Translations under genes and position numbers: made by a program
Shown here: positions 26,141 through 38,861 of the stretch, one piece after another
Position numbering within the stretch: position 1 is the stretch's first letter
Layout of the letters: every line of letters begins with the position of its first letter
The notes under the pieces: generated by a model
The model's input: only the letters and a program-made list of their open reading frames with translations
Databases searched by the model: none
Told to the model about the DNA's origin: nothing
Source: Antedon mediterranea
Lineage: Eukaryota > Animalia > Echinodermata
Assembly: GCF_964355755.1 (NCBI RefSeq)
Contig: NC_092671.1
Coordinates: 27,044,070 to 27,108,069, forward strand
Reading direction: 5' to 3'
DNA: 64,000 bases

Positions 26141-27616
26141 ATGGCATCAGTAAAATCAGGCGGCCATCGAGAACCAGGTGTTAGTGTCAGCAAGTTACGT
26201 ATGCTTTTTGACCCATCTAAAACAGGAACGACGACGACGACAACAACAGCAGCACATAATGTTCAAATTCCTAGTAATGGATCAACAAAACCACCCATTG
26301 CACCACGTACAGATTTATCAAAAATTGTTGGGAGAAAGGGAGATATTAAAAAGGACACAATAAACTTTGATGCCCCATCTGTGAAATTAATTGAAAAAAA
26401 GAATGTAGGGGTTACAGACAGACGTGCAATCTTTGAGAAGGTCGACAGTCCACCACCAGTTAGAAAAATTGTACCATCAAGTCCACAAACAGTACATAAA
26501 CGTATTATACCTCTGGTTCATGATAAACAAGCAAAACCAGAGCCTGTTAAAAGACAAAAAGTAGATAGCAATAACAAAGAAGGTAAAGAAAGAATTGAAA
26601 AAAAGCATGATAGTGGAATTTCTTTAGATGAGAAATTGAACTTAAAGTCGGATCCAGAACCAAGACATCAAAGTGTCAGGCTCAGTTCGTCTGACAGTGA
26701 CGGCGATCCTTACGATGAACGCCAAAATCGTATAAAAAACGCAGACGTTACTGAAACTAAACCAGTTCCAAATGTTTCTGAAGTAACAATGCGACATAAG
26801 ACAAGCCCACGTTCACCAGACGATGGTAGAAGACGAAGTGTGACGGATCCACCGCCATTTATGAAAGGCTCCCACGATGTTCATCACGTAGCAGCACCAA
26901 AGGTTAAAAGTCGTGGTCTAAGTGCATCAGAATTAATCAGTTTAGACAGTCAAAATTTACGTAAAATTGGATCTGATCGATCAAGCTCGGTTATGTCGGA
27001 CGATTCTGAGCCCTATGACACATCGGTCAAATCTCACCGATTTTCCTCACCCATAGACGATGACTTTAAAGTTACAGTAACAAACAATGATAGAGTAGAA
27101 CAAGATAATTACCGCCATATTGACATTCAAGATGATAATTTTAATAAAGATACTAACAATGTTATTTCTAATTCCTTTGATAATCTACATTCCTATAAAA
27201 AACCGGACAGCAACTGGGAACCAAAAGTCGAGAATACTCTTATAGATACCTCAAAAGAGGAATTGAAATCCTCTCCGTCTTTCAGCAATGATAATGCTCC
27301 CGGAAAAGAGGACATGAAAATGGATTTTAACAGAATAGAAGAGAAACAAACAGAAAGAGATTATCACTACCAGGTGAATGAGGAAGAGGAGGAGGTAGAG
27401 ACACAGAATTCTGGAATGATTCAAATTGGATTTAATGTGGAAGAGACAGGGGACACAGAGGAGGAAGAAGACTCAAATGCCGATAGTGATGTATCAGAGA
27501 TTGGATCATCTGATTATGAGTATACAGTGAATGTTGATGAAGATATGGAAGAGGAACAGGTTGCCAGTGAATATGAACAAAATGAAAAGACTGAAAGTTC
27601 ACCAGTCAAACCCTTG
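26141..27616 (+). CDS. PPP1R9A: Neurabin/spinophilin (PPP1R9)-like protein, first coding exon (492 codons)
   Basis: Acceptor TTTTACATTGCAG| at 26125, ATG at 26141, donor |GTAAGT at 27617 (phase 0). Disordered protein with an acidic end and neurabin-like short motifs (VSKLRMLFD, DRRAIFEK). Identity rests mainly on the next exon. Confidence 0.75.
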
Positions 27617-28672
27617 GTAAGTTGAATTATTGTGTTGTATTTTTAAATATTTACCAGGCCTGATCACTCACCTAACACACTCTAAAATGATATTGAATTG
27701 TGCAATTTACAGTCAAGCCTAGTTTGGTCAATTTCTAAACACCAAGATACAAACAGCACACCTACAGCATCCCTGGATGTGCACACCTATTTTCAAAAGA
27801 CAGGGCCCGATTTACATACTGGTCCTTTTATAAGAACCAGTCTTATATTATAGGCTTGAGCTATTGATCAGTTTTCTAGTTTGATTTATAATTAATAACT
27901 TGCGCAATAGGACTGTACTAGTACAGTACCTACTGTAAGTAATTGTATCTGTCCATACTGGCTACATTTTCAGTTTTAGAATTAATTGCCCCTGATTCAA
28001 GAATTTGCTTACAATTAAAAAAAAAGCCTGCAAACAAGCTTACATCTTAATAATGTAATTACAGTTAATTCCTTTTTTACAGTATTTCTAATATGTAGTA
28101 CAGTAGAGTACTTCTGTACAATTATCAGGTGGTAGAACTATTATTGAGGGCAGCAGACATGTTTTTGTTGATCTGACACTTGAACAATGTTATACAGTAA
28201 ATTATACAAGTAAAATATGATTTAGTATTTAACAAGAAAAACGCATTAAATGAAAACATTGTTTTTTTAGTTTTTTAGTTTTAAGGTTACACAAGACATG
28301 TTTTTGTAATAAAATATGGCCAAGGACTTTTAAACATTAACAAAAATTGTGAACTTTTTTAAACTGAATTAAAACAAAATTGTTTAATGTTTACATTGAC
28401 AGACACTAATAAAGTTATAGAAATTAAAAAAGGTGCACTACAGTATTTCAATTTTGAATTGAAGACAACAGAGCAGATTAATTTCTAAAAAGATAGTCTA
28501 CAACAAGCTTTTTTGTTGATAGCTACATTAATTTATACTTGAACCACAAACTTCCCTACATAAAGAAGGTACCGGTACTCATTTTAATTGAATAGTGTCA
28601 ATTTGGTTTCCTTTTTTTTTAGTAATTTGGTCAAACTTTCTTTTTGTTTAGTTCATTCATTATTAATTGAGC

Positions 28673-29009
28673 ATACTGTAGCTCCTACTTGTCAAGTTAT
28701 ACTGTAGCTCCCACTGGTCAAGTTATACTGTAGCTCCCACTGGTCAAGTTATACTGTAGCTCCCACTGGTCAAGTTATACTGTAGCTCCCACGGGTCAAG
28801 TTATACTGTAGCTCCCACTGGTCAAGTTATACTGTAGCTCCCACTGGTCAAGTTATACTCTAGCTCCCACTGGTCAAGTTATACTGTAGCCCCCACTGGT
28901 CAAGTTATACTGTAGCTCCCACTGGTCAAGTTATACTGTAGCTCCCACTGGTCAAGTTATACTGTAGCTCCCACTGGTCAAGTTATACTGTAGCTCCCAC
29001 TGGTCAAGT
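28673..29009. repeat. 26-bp minisatellite (TTATACTGTAGCTCCCACTGGTCAAG), about 13 copies
   Basis: Near-identical tandem units within the intron. Confidence 0.95.
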
Positions 29010-29999
29010 ACTAGTCTTGAGGAACTATTTTTTTGTTGGTTGTACCTTTTATTCACTGATAATATTGCGTTTTATGTATTGGTTGTGCAAATTCTTACAT
29101 TAATAGAACCTTTTCTTTATTGGTTGTGTGTTGAATACGCAAAGGTGTCGTACATACTGTATCTTCAGCGATTTTGTGGCATTTTATTCACTTGTGTAGT
29201 GTTTTATTTACTGGTCGAACCTTTAAGTAGTTACTGAATCATTTTCTCCACTCGTAAAGGAATGGTCGGGTTTTAACTCGAATACTTTCTTTGTCACTGG
29301 AGTTTTAACCTCTTTTTGTAAACTTTTATTCAGTGGTGTACAGTAAGTTCATCTTCATTGCGAAAGGATTAATTACATTCCAGGAGTATTATTGAAAGAG
29401 ATGATAACATCCAGCATACCCACTGGTAATTGCTTTCTTGTTCAAATTGGAATTAAGAATAACTTGTTGTTGGAAACAACACAAGGTATTATGTTGTTTC
29501 GTTGCAGTTTTTAAAGTTCGTTTAAAAAGTTCTTTTTAATTTCAACTTTATTAAAGAAAATAACCTTTCCAGCTGGAAAAAATAATGCCTGATTTACAGG
29601 ACCTCTTGAATTCCAATAAAATACACATATAAAGGCTATGTCACATTATTTTCTCAAAAGTACACTTTGAGAAATAATTTTAATTTAAAATGTATTTTAG
29701 AGCACCTGTCTCCTCCCTATCAAACAGGGATTTGATTGTATAGGCCCTACAGTAATAAAATCAGGTATACAGTATTAACAGTTTGTAGGTCTATGAGTGG
29801 GTTTAGCTATACATCATGAGGATGAATACAGGAAGTGTGTGATGACCAAGCAGATACAGTAGGGGCTCTGGCCTTAAAATATGGTTTAAGTTGTGTGTGG
29901 AAGAACCTTTTATTGGTGACTAACTCCACTCCATACAAACTATTAATTAATCAAAAGTCAAATACATATGTTTAATGATTGTTTCTTGGTTTACTATAG

Positions 30000-30140
30000 G
30001 ATCTGTCTTCTGATGATTTTGCCCTCGGGCTGCCGGAACCGTACGAAATAGAAGGACTAATCCCAGAAAACACTGACTTCATTGAGTCGGGCGACATCAA
30101 GAGGAAGCGTACTCTTCAATTTAGTATAGAACCTATTTTG
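30000..30140 (+). CDS. PPP1R9A: Neurabin/spinophilin-like second coding exon with PP1-binding (RVxF-type) motif
   Basis: TAG|...|GTAAGT, 141 nt, phase 0/0, in frame with the previous exon. Encodes DLSSDDFALGLPEPYEIEGLIPENTDFIESGDIKRKRTLQFSIEPIL, which resembles spinophilin EIPGL...RKIHFSTAPIQ. Not in the ORF track. Confidence 0.8.
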
Positions 30141-32787
30141 GTAAGTACTTACTTAACTTCATGTCTATAGCATTTAACTCTAGGACAAACTCATAACAGA
30201 TTCACTTCTTTGCATTGGATAAGAATTTCACTGAGGTGTAAAGAAAGAGTCAGTGGACAAAAGTGAAATGGTACTTTCAACAGGTACAGTTGCATCTATG
30301 CATGCTATGACCTATTTAATACATTGTATTATCAGTGATGTAATTAAAGCCATAAATGCGCCTTGAACTTTTTTTGGTAAGAATTGCCAACGGAATAGTA
30401 ACTCCTGTGCGAAACCAAGAAATTATCATGTAACGGTAGTTGTGTCGAGGAATTTTAAAGTGACAGAAATTGATTCTGTTTAGTAAAGTAATATTATTTA
30501 AACATCATTTTTATTTAAATTATTTAATAAGCCACATCATCTTTTACAGATTTAGTATTTTTTATTTTTCAATTTCAATTGCACAATTGTGACATATCAA
30601 AGTATGAATTTTTGTTGTATTTTACTTCAAATACAAAAGTTATTCACTTCTGTAACAAAAAAATAATATTTATTCATGTATAAAAACAGAAAAGAAACGT
30701 TTAATTATAACCCAAAAACCATTGTCTGACAGACAATTTAAGTATTTCTTTGATTTATGTACAATTAACCAGATTCATGCTTGTACCTGAGCTTTAAGTA
30801 GAGATACGGTGTATTTGCTGTGTATCATTTATTCAGTGTTCAGTACATGTCCAATCAATATCTTAACCGCAGCTTCCTTTGGATCAAATGTTATCCTACA
30901 CTAGCCATAGCCATCAGCTCGAACTTGAGATGTCTGGTCTTATGGTATAGCATAGGTTAAGCAACCTGACCATCATGATCCAGAAAATGTCTGAAAAAAT
31001 CCTGACATATGTGACTTTATTGCTACTCCACAGTAGGATCCAGCAAGAGAAACCATCGGTTACTTGTTCCAAAGTAGTATTGTGGCAGCATGTCACACAG
31101 TAAACAATACAATATAAATTAAATCCTACAACCAGTATAGAAATATGATTTGTCCATGAACAGTTTTTATTCAATATTCAGTATGATCATCAAATGTAAT
31201 CCAGACTGATTCTGTTTGCACAACAATAATAATCAATTATAATTCAACAAAACTCCAATCTATATTAAATTTTATTCTTTATTAATGTTATTTTTTTATT
31301 TGTTTTCTAATTTATTTATTAAGGCTCGCCCACTACAAGATGTTTATCTTCATTTTTCCGCCTTCATTCTCTGACACATTATCATTATATTATTTGCATT
31401 GTATTTTTCTATACCCTTTTTTCAGAGTTTGTAAATAAATGTTATGAAATAAAAAATCTAAAAAAAGAATGCTTTCCTGTACAAAGAAACTATTAATCAT
31501 TGCCAGGACATTCATTTTTAAGGAACGGTCCAAATTAATGTGCATGTACTGGGAGGAGACTATCTAGAAACATTTCTTGGTGATGAGGAATAAGGAATGG
31601 ATTTATACAGGAAAGTGAATAAAGAGTAGCTAGGAACAAGAAGACACCGCTAGGAATGTTAACTGGAGTAGGAAGAAATAGGGAAAAGGGGTTGTTGACT
31701 GATGGTAAAAGTGTTACAGTAGCGCTAGGGTCACCTCCCCTGGATTCAATGTCATTGTAAATATTGTACTTTCTGACATACTGCCCTCTATTGAAATTAC
31801 TAAGTTTAATGAAGAAATTGCTCATGGAAAAGTTTCTACTGAATTTACAGTAAATCAGATTGTGAGTGGACGAGGTTGGGGGTGTGGTGTGGTTCCTGAT
31901 GATGATGATGATGCTAAACTAGATATGTTACCACAGTTACACCTCCAAGATTTATTCTATGTCAACATTCACATACTGTACAAGTACTGTACTGGTATGT
32001 TACAGTGTGCTTTCTGTCCTCTATCACCTGATTTGATGTTTCCCTAAATTTCAATGCAAAAGAATAGGACATTAGATTAAGTTCGACAATTAATTTCACT
32101 ATTTTATCGCCATGCAATGTATAAAGTGAAAGAGATGAAAATATACAATTTTTAAAATTTAAAATAATCTGATCAGGCAAAATTATATTTAAACTCATCA
32201 TTCTACTGTTCAACTCATAATACAAATTGTAAAGTATATTACTTGTGAATGTTTCATTAAAAAGGTTCTACTTGTGAATTTATGACCAGTTGGGATAAAA
32301 TAAAAACATTAAAAAAAAAAAACTTCAGGTCTATCTGCGGGCCAAGTAAAACACTGCTTAAATTATTTATGAATATGCACACACAAAAAATGGCGGCTAA
32401 AAGGTAGTTAAAATTTGTGCATTTTTGAGAAAGAAGTAGTCCTGGTTTTTATGTGATCTTTGCAAGAGTACAGTAGACTTCCGAATAACATTGGTGGCAA
32501 AACTCTTTCAATTTTGTATTCATTTTATGGAATGTTAAATCAGTATACGTAATTTGGATTGATTGGATTCAAGATTCATAGTGGGGGTGGGTGTAGGCGT
32601 ATTTGTACAATTTAGTTTTTCTTTATGATCTATAGTAATACAGTTAAACTCAACAATTACAGTTTTTCAATTTCAGAGAAATGTTTTTCATTGATTTGCC
32701 TGTTTTTCCAATTATGTTTGAACACTTGTTTGAATAATAAATAATAGCATAACTAGTAGTATCAGACTGGTACCTATATAGTGAACA

Positions 32788-32890
32788 TTTGATTGGTTGA
32801 GAATAGAAGGTTCTTATTGGTTGATAGGGTTTTGATTACTGTATATATATAGAATAACAAGTCAACAGAACCATAACAAGTTGTTACTTT
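32788..32890 (+). promoter_or_regulatory. GPCR copy 1 promoter (two inverted CCAAT boxes + TATA)
   Basis: ATTGGTT at 32792 and 32816, TATATATA at about 32843; conserved upstream of all four paralogs. Confidence 0.65.
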
Positions 32891-32931
32891 GTACTGTCTG
32901 GGAAGTTTTGTGTGTCACTCAGTTTATTAAA

Positions 32932-33960
32932 ATGGCTGATAATAGTACGGATTGTCCTATACTGGTTGATGCTCACTTGATTTTTAAATATGCAGCATCT
33001 ATTGTTGCAATTGCTTTCAATCTACTAATCATTGTAATGATTTTAAAATTTAAAAACTTGCAAAATATACCAAATATTTTCATTTTCAACTTGGCTGTAC
33101 TGGATTGTATAAATGGTGTATTTTATTTTGGTAACAACGTTTGGAGAACATTTTATTGTTTTAGCCCTTCATATACTTTTTGTGTGATTTATCATGGTTT
33201 AGAATTGTGGAAAAATTTAAACATAGTTTATGTTATTGTTATTTTGAGCCTTGACAGGTATTTCGCCATCGTGCATTGCATTTCTTCGAAGGTTTACCGT
33301 ACGAAAAAATCCGCAAAATGTGTTTGTTTTCTAACTTTTATAGCTTCAGGAATTGTTTCCATACCAATATGGGTACATACACACATTCTGGAGTGGGAAG
33401 GCATTAATTATTGTCAAATCGGATTGTTCGATGAATACTATAAGTATTACATGTTTTCTCTGAACTATGCAGTACCGTTGATTGCAATTATCCTCTGTTA
33501 TGTTCTGATTGTGTATGCCATGGCTTCATCACAACAGATTGAACAAAACAACACAACGCGGAAATCATCAAAACGTGTGCTTATTCTTGCTATTTCTATA
33601 GTTTTATCATTCGTAATACTCTTTTCACCATTTTATATCGCTGTAACTTTTACAGATCTTCAGTCAGATGTTCATGCAGTGGTTGTTGGCATGTTGTTCT
33701 CTCATAGTGTAATAAATCCGGTGTTGTACACATTCATTGGACAAAATTTTAAAAAGAATTTGTTGAAAATGTGGTGTTGCGTCAAGTTTATGCCATGTTT
33801 TTCGAGATTTGCACATGAGCCAGCATCCAGCTTTCGAACAACAACAACAACAATTAGACATTCCACCATAAGGTCAAATTCTAAGTCTTCACAAGATCCT
33901 GATTTTGGAAAAGACATTCTTGGGCCAAATGAGACTATTCCATTAAAACAAGTGCTGTAG
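32932..33960 (+). CDS. Intronless class A (rhodopsin-like) GPCR, copy 1, 342 aa
   Basis: Seven hydrophobic helices, NLAVLD, DRY, ECL2 Cys, NPVLY, helix 8 and WCC, Ser/Thr-rich tail. True ATG (MADNST) at 32932. Resembles peptide-type receptors; ligand unknown. Confidence 0.92.
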   Translation: MADNSTDCPILVDAHLIFKYAASIVAIAFNLLIIVMILKFKNLQNIPNIFIFNLAVLDCINGVFYFGNNVWRTFYCFSPSYTFCVIYHGLELWKNLNIVYVIVILSLDRYFAIVHCISSKVYRTKKSAKCVCFLTFIASGIVSIPIWVHTHILEWEGINYCQIGLFDEYYKYYMFSLNYAVPLIAIILCYVLIVYAMASSQQIEQNNTTRKSSKRVLILAISIVLSFVILFSPFYIAVTFTDLQSDVHAVVVGMLFSHSVINPVLYTFIGQNFKKNLLKMWCCVKFMPCFSRFAHEPASSFRTTTTTIRHSTIRSNSKSSQDPDFGKDILGPNETIPLKQVL

Positions 33961-35990
33961 ATTTATACAAACATTGATTTAGATAGAATCTGATTTGGCT
34001 GCACCAGTGGAAAGGGTTTCACTAAGAATAACAGTGAAAGTTTCTTGTGTTTATTAACAGTAACACTGTATTTAAAATTAATAACAAGTTTCTTATAATA
34101 ACTTTATATATGCGGCTATACTGCATTGAAACAGCAACATTAGCTAGTGTTTATCATTAACAGAATCCAGTGTGGTGGCACCAATGGCAAGGATTTCACC
34201 AAGTAAAACAGTGGGATTTTTTTGTGTTTATGAACAACAACAACAACCTGTTGGTAATGCTCTATCTGAGACTAATGTAATACATGGCAATTTTGCTATT
34301 TCACCAAACTGTTTGGAAAACACTGTTATGCCCAGTTATGCCAACGAGCAAGTAACTATATAAAGAACATATAACGTCTTCTAACTCATTCTTTTGTCAA
34401 TTATTTGAACTATCATCTGCATCTATTCATTTCTAAGACTACAAACTTTACCATAGTTTCGGTTGGTACTCTTGTCTAACAATAGAAGTCTGCACAAAAG
34501 CCTTTACTGTACAGTATGTACATTATTATAGGCTAGCTTCTCATTATGTAAGAAAACTATTTATCTGGTTTCATGTTTTAATATCTTTGTGGACTATTTA
34601 AACATCACTTCGATTGAACTTTGTACTAAACACAAACTTGTTTGTTGATATAATATTACAGTTTTAAAACTTAATAAACCGAGGCATTTAGGCTTTCAAA
34701 CTAGATATATATCTTTTGTATATATTAATTTTGTTTGTAAACCAAACCAATTGGTAGTCAGGCCTGTTTCAAATCTTAGGACCTGTTTCTAACTGCATGT
34801 AGGGCCGAATAAACCAATTTATTCCAAAAAATATTATCCTACTAAATTTTTGCTCCCAAATATATCAGTTTATATAATGGTTGGTCATTAACAAAAAACG
34901 TAAAATGTAATGCGATCAGGTGGTCAAATGGCCAAATTACTATAACTGTCAATCAAATTTAAACCGTTAATGTGTGTTAATAACCTGTTTTTAATGCATT
35001 CATACATACTGTATTATACTTGTTATTACAATTAATTTTTAAAGAATTTATTTATTGATTGATTGATTCAGATTGATTGATTGATACCATCTCTAACTGA
35101 TTTGAATAGTGACTTTGTACTGACTATTGGTAGTTTCTTATTGGTTGAAAGATAATAATGATGAAAAGAGGCAGAGTCTCACATTATTTCAAACATATTA
35201 GAAATAAAATAAAAAGCAGCTTTAAACTTTGCAGGATAAGTAAAGTTTTATTTCTATGTAGAAAGGTTTTATTGTTTTTTATATTACCCAATTGTGGTCC
35301 AATATATAGGAAAGAAGATATATATTTCTTTTGTCTGTAAAAATTATTGTTATAAATAAAGTGTAAGTTATCATTCTTGTTGTTAGAATTAGATACACAG
35401 TACAGTAGATTTCCTCATTTGGTAAAACCTTTTCTTCAAAATGAACAGTTTATATTGTTATCATTTACTGTAGCCAACTCCTATTAAGGGGATGGGAGGG
35501 GGGGAGGGGGGTGTCAGAGTTGGCACACTTTGTTGGGTCATAAATGTCCCCTTTAAAGGGGTTCTGTTGTAATTATATATTGTCTATATTATTATAATCA
35601 AAAGTGTTTAATTAGAAATGTAAATGTCCCAATTCATTCAAATAAAATTATTAGAAATTTATAAAGTAAATCGAGTATAATAAAGTATACAATATTATGT
35701 TAACTTTTTTGAATGAGACAATTTTTTTATTACATTTAATAATCACAATTTCATAAATCAAATTTTGTTCACATGTCTGATGACAGATTGAAGTAGTAGT
35801 AGCTCTCTAAAACTGCGTTCATGAATTGAGTATTTCATCTAGCCCAATCGATTTTTAAAAACTTGACAGATTGATAGTACACTATAGGGTTCTCACCAGG
35901 AGGGCCGGTCAGTGGGGTTTCAGTACCCGTTTAATAGTCAGTTTCAGAAAGAGTTCCGATTGTAAAATAACAAGATCTTCTAAATATACT

Positions 35991-37008
35991 GCAGAAGTGA
36001 ACGTTCCGTCATGGTTTGCACACAGATTACAGACAGAAAGCAACGTTCCGTCATGGTTTGAACACAGATTACACACAGAAAGCAGAAGTGAACGTTCCGT
36101 CATGGTTTGAACACAGATTACACACAGAAAGCAACGTTCCGTCATGGTTTGAACACAGATTACACACAGAAAGCAGAAGTGAACGTTCCGTCATGGTTTG
36201 AACACAGATTACAGACAGAAAGCAGAAGTGAATGTTCCGTCATGGTTTGAACACAGATTACAGACAGAAAGCAGAAGTGAATGTTCCGTCATGGTTTGAA
36301 CACAGATTACAGACAGACAGCAGAAGTGAATGTTCCGTCATGGTTTGAACACAGATTACAGACAGAAAGCAGAAGTGAATGTTCCGTCATGGTTTCAACA
36401 CAGATTATAGACAGAAAGCAGAAGTGAATGTTCCGTCATGGTTTGAACACAGATTACAGACAGACAGCAGAAGTGAACGTTCCGTCATGGTTTGAACACA
36501 GATTACAGACAGAAAGCAGAAGTGAATGTTCCGTCATGGTTTGAACACAGATTATAGACACAAAGCAGAAGTGAATGTTCCGTCATGGTTTGAACACAGA
36601 TTACAGACAGAAAGCAGAAGTGAATGTTCCGTCATGGTTTGAACACAGATTATAGACACAAAGCAGAAGTGAATGTTCCGTCATGGTTTGAACACAGATT
36701 ACAGACAGAAAGCAGAAGTGAATGTTCCGTCATGGTTTGAACACAGATTATAGACACAAAGCAGAAGTGAATGTTCCGTCATGGTTTGAACACAGATTAC
36801 AGACAGACAGCAGAAGTGAACGTTCCGTCATGGTTTGAACACAGATTACAGACAGAAAGCAGAAGTGAATGTTCCGTCATGGTTTGAACACAGATTATAG
36901 ACACAAAGCAGAAGTGAATGTTCCGTCATGGTTTGAACACAGATTACAGACAGACAGCAGAAGTGAACGTTCCGTCATGGTTTGAACACAGATTACAGAC
37001 AGAAAGCA
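35991..37008. repeat. 49-bp minisatellite, about 21 copies (two 42-bp variants at the left end)
   Basis: Unit GCAGAAGTGAATGTTCCGTCATGGTTTGAACACAGATTACAGACAGAAA, e.g. at 36222 and 36271. Confidence 0.95.
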
Positions 37009-38689
37009 GTTTGTATTACTACAAAGTTCCTTAGATTTGTTGGTCACATGATGATGAATCAAAATAGTGCAAGATGGATGGAACTGACCGGTGCAGGGGC
37101 ACAGCCAGTGAGGGGGTCACGGGTGTCCTGAGCCCCCTGATTTTGTTGGGAAAAAAATTAATCGTCAAATCGCAATTTTATCAACTTAAAAATTGAAACA
37201 AACAACGTATTGATGCAAAGTGCAATATTGCGTAACATAAGTCGGAACCAACAACGTAAAAGTGCTGCAAACATTGCTACGGGCAGTTTTTTTTCAAGCA
37301 ACAACAAAAGGCAACTGGGAATGAATGAGGAGGATGAACCAGGTCAAAGTCTATGGCAACTAACGTTGACGAGAAAACCAAGCAGGTTTGATTTCACGTA
37401 TGTAGATGCAGGAGAAAACACAACTTGGTTCCTGCTAGAGAGCAACGCAAAGACGTAGACACAATGCAAGTGAATTGACAATGACAAGTGACAATTCAAT
37501 AAATCAATCGCTTGTGAATGGCAAAATTGCTTACGTTGTACTTACGTCCTTGTGTAGGGAACCATGCTTACGACGAGAAGTCAAATGGGGTGGTTAAGGG
37601 AGGTACGTTTATACCATCCGACGAGAAGTCAAATGGGGTAGTTAAGGGAGGTACGTTTATACCCTCCCACTTACATCATTTATTATTACATACGATTATA
37701 AAAATCATATCATTTAAATTTAATGGTGTATCATATTGATAGACTTGTCGCTAACATTTTTACCAATAAATTTGATCTTGATTGCTTCCAATTAAACCAC
37801 CAATTTTTTTCCCTAATACAGACAATATAAATACCTGGTAGCTTACTTTTTGTTACAATTTTAGATCTTAATTCTCTTCATTTACATCCACATTGTTCAA
37901 CAACCCCATGTGTTTGTAGAAGTTATGGTATATGAATCCAACTACTGTATTGTTTCCAATTGTTAATTATTTAGGGTCTTTTTGATTTGCACGTTCATTA
38001 TGTCGACAGATACCCTATGATGTCTACTGGCATGTCGGCCTATTATTTAACATATCTCTTGTACAGCAGTAGTTACACAACATAAATGGCTTGCGTTTAT
38101 AAAAATGTATCTAAATGAATTACTATATTAAGTCCATAGGCCTACTGACATTTGGGAGTTGGTAGCTTGATAGTGAACTTGTAGTACACAATGTGGCAAT
38201 ATCAACCATTTTAGATATTGAACTCCAATGTTAGAAAATAACATTGTGTTAGTTTTTTAACCTTCCCTAGAAACACAATCTTCTATAAACATGCATAAAA
38301 TTGCATAAAATCTACAGTATACCATGAAGAATGTCCCAGTCATGCTGAAAAGTAACCATCATCAAATACAATATTTATTATGGTTGTGAAAATATGTACT
38401 ACAGTATACCTAACTATCAAAACCCTATGTCTGTTTGACAAAACTAGTCTGTTGGTAAATTAAAATGATTCGGAAGAGATTCATTATTAAAGTGGGGTAA
38501 ATTAAATTGTTATCCAAGTTTAATTGTTGATTTCTGATCTGAACTCTGTATGCATAATTAATTTTAATTTTTTTTTAAATTTTTATGTAGAAAAACATGT
38601 GGGATAAATTCCAGAAAATGTTGATTATTGCATCATAATCTCTTTTTCGGATTATGTTTTTATTAAACAAAATGTATGTAGTATGTCAT

Positions 38690-38790
38690 TTTGATTGGTT
38701 CAGAAATGGAAGTTTCTCATTGGTTAAGAGATTATATTGCCTGCTTTATAAATGCAAGGAAAACTGAACAGAATCAGAACAAGTTATTAC
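38690..38790 (+). promoter_or_regulatory. GPCR copy 2 promoter
   Basis: ATTGGTT at 38694 and 38719, TATAAA at about 38747. Confidence 0.65.
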
Positions 38791-38861
38791 TTTGATTGTA
38801 GAGGACAGTCTGAGAAGTTTATTGAATTATATACTCTGTTTTAGTGTGTCAATGTATTCAA

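Noticed and set aside
30850-31850. Minus-strand ORFs 30914-31174 and 31535-31825 as host or nested exons
   Set aside because: Wrong strand for neurabin and no recognisable domain; at most very decayed TE sequence.
32881-32931. ORF-track N-terminal extensions of the GPCRs (also 38844 and 55819)
   Set aside because: They start at non-ATG codons; the conserved AAAATGGCTGAT marks the real start.
35991-37008. CRISPR-like array (also 28673-29009 and 18465-18680)
   Set aside because: Head-to-tail units with no unique spacers, no cas genes, eukaryotic context.
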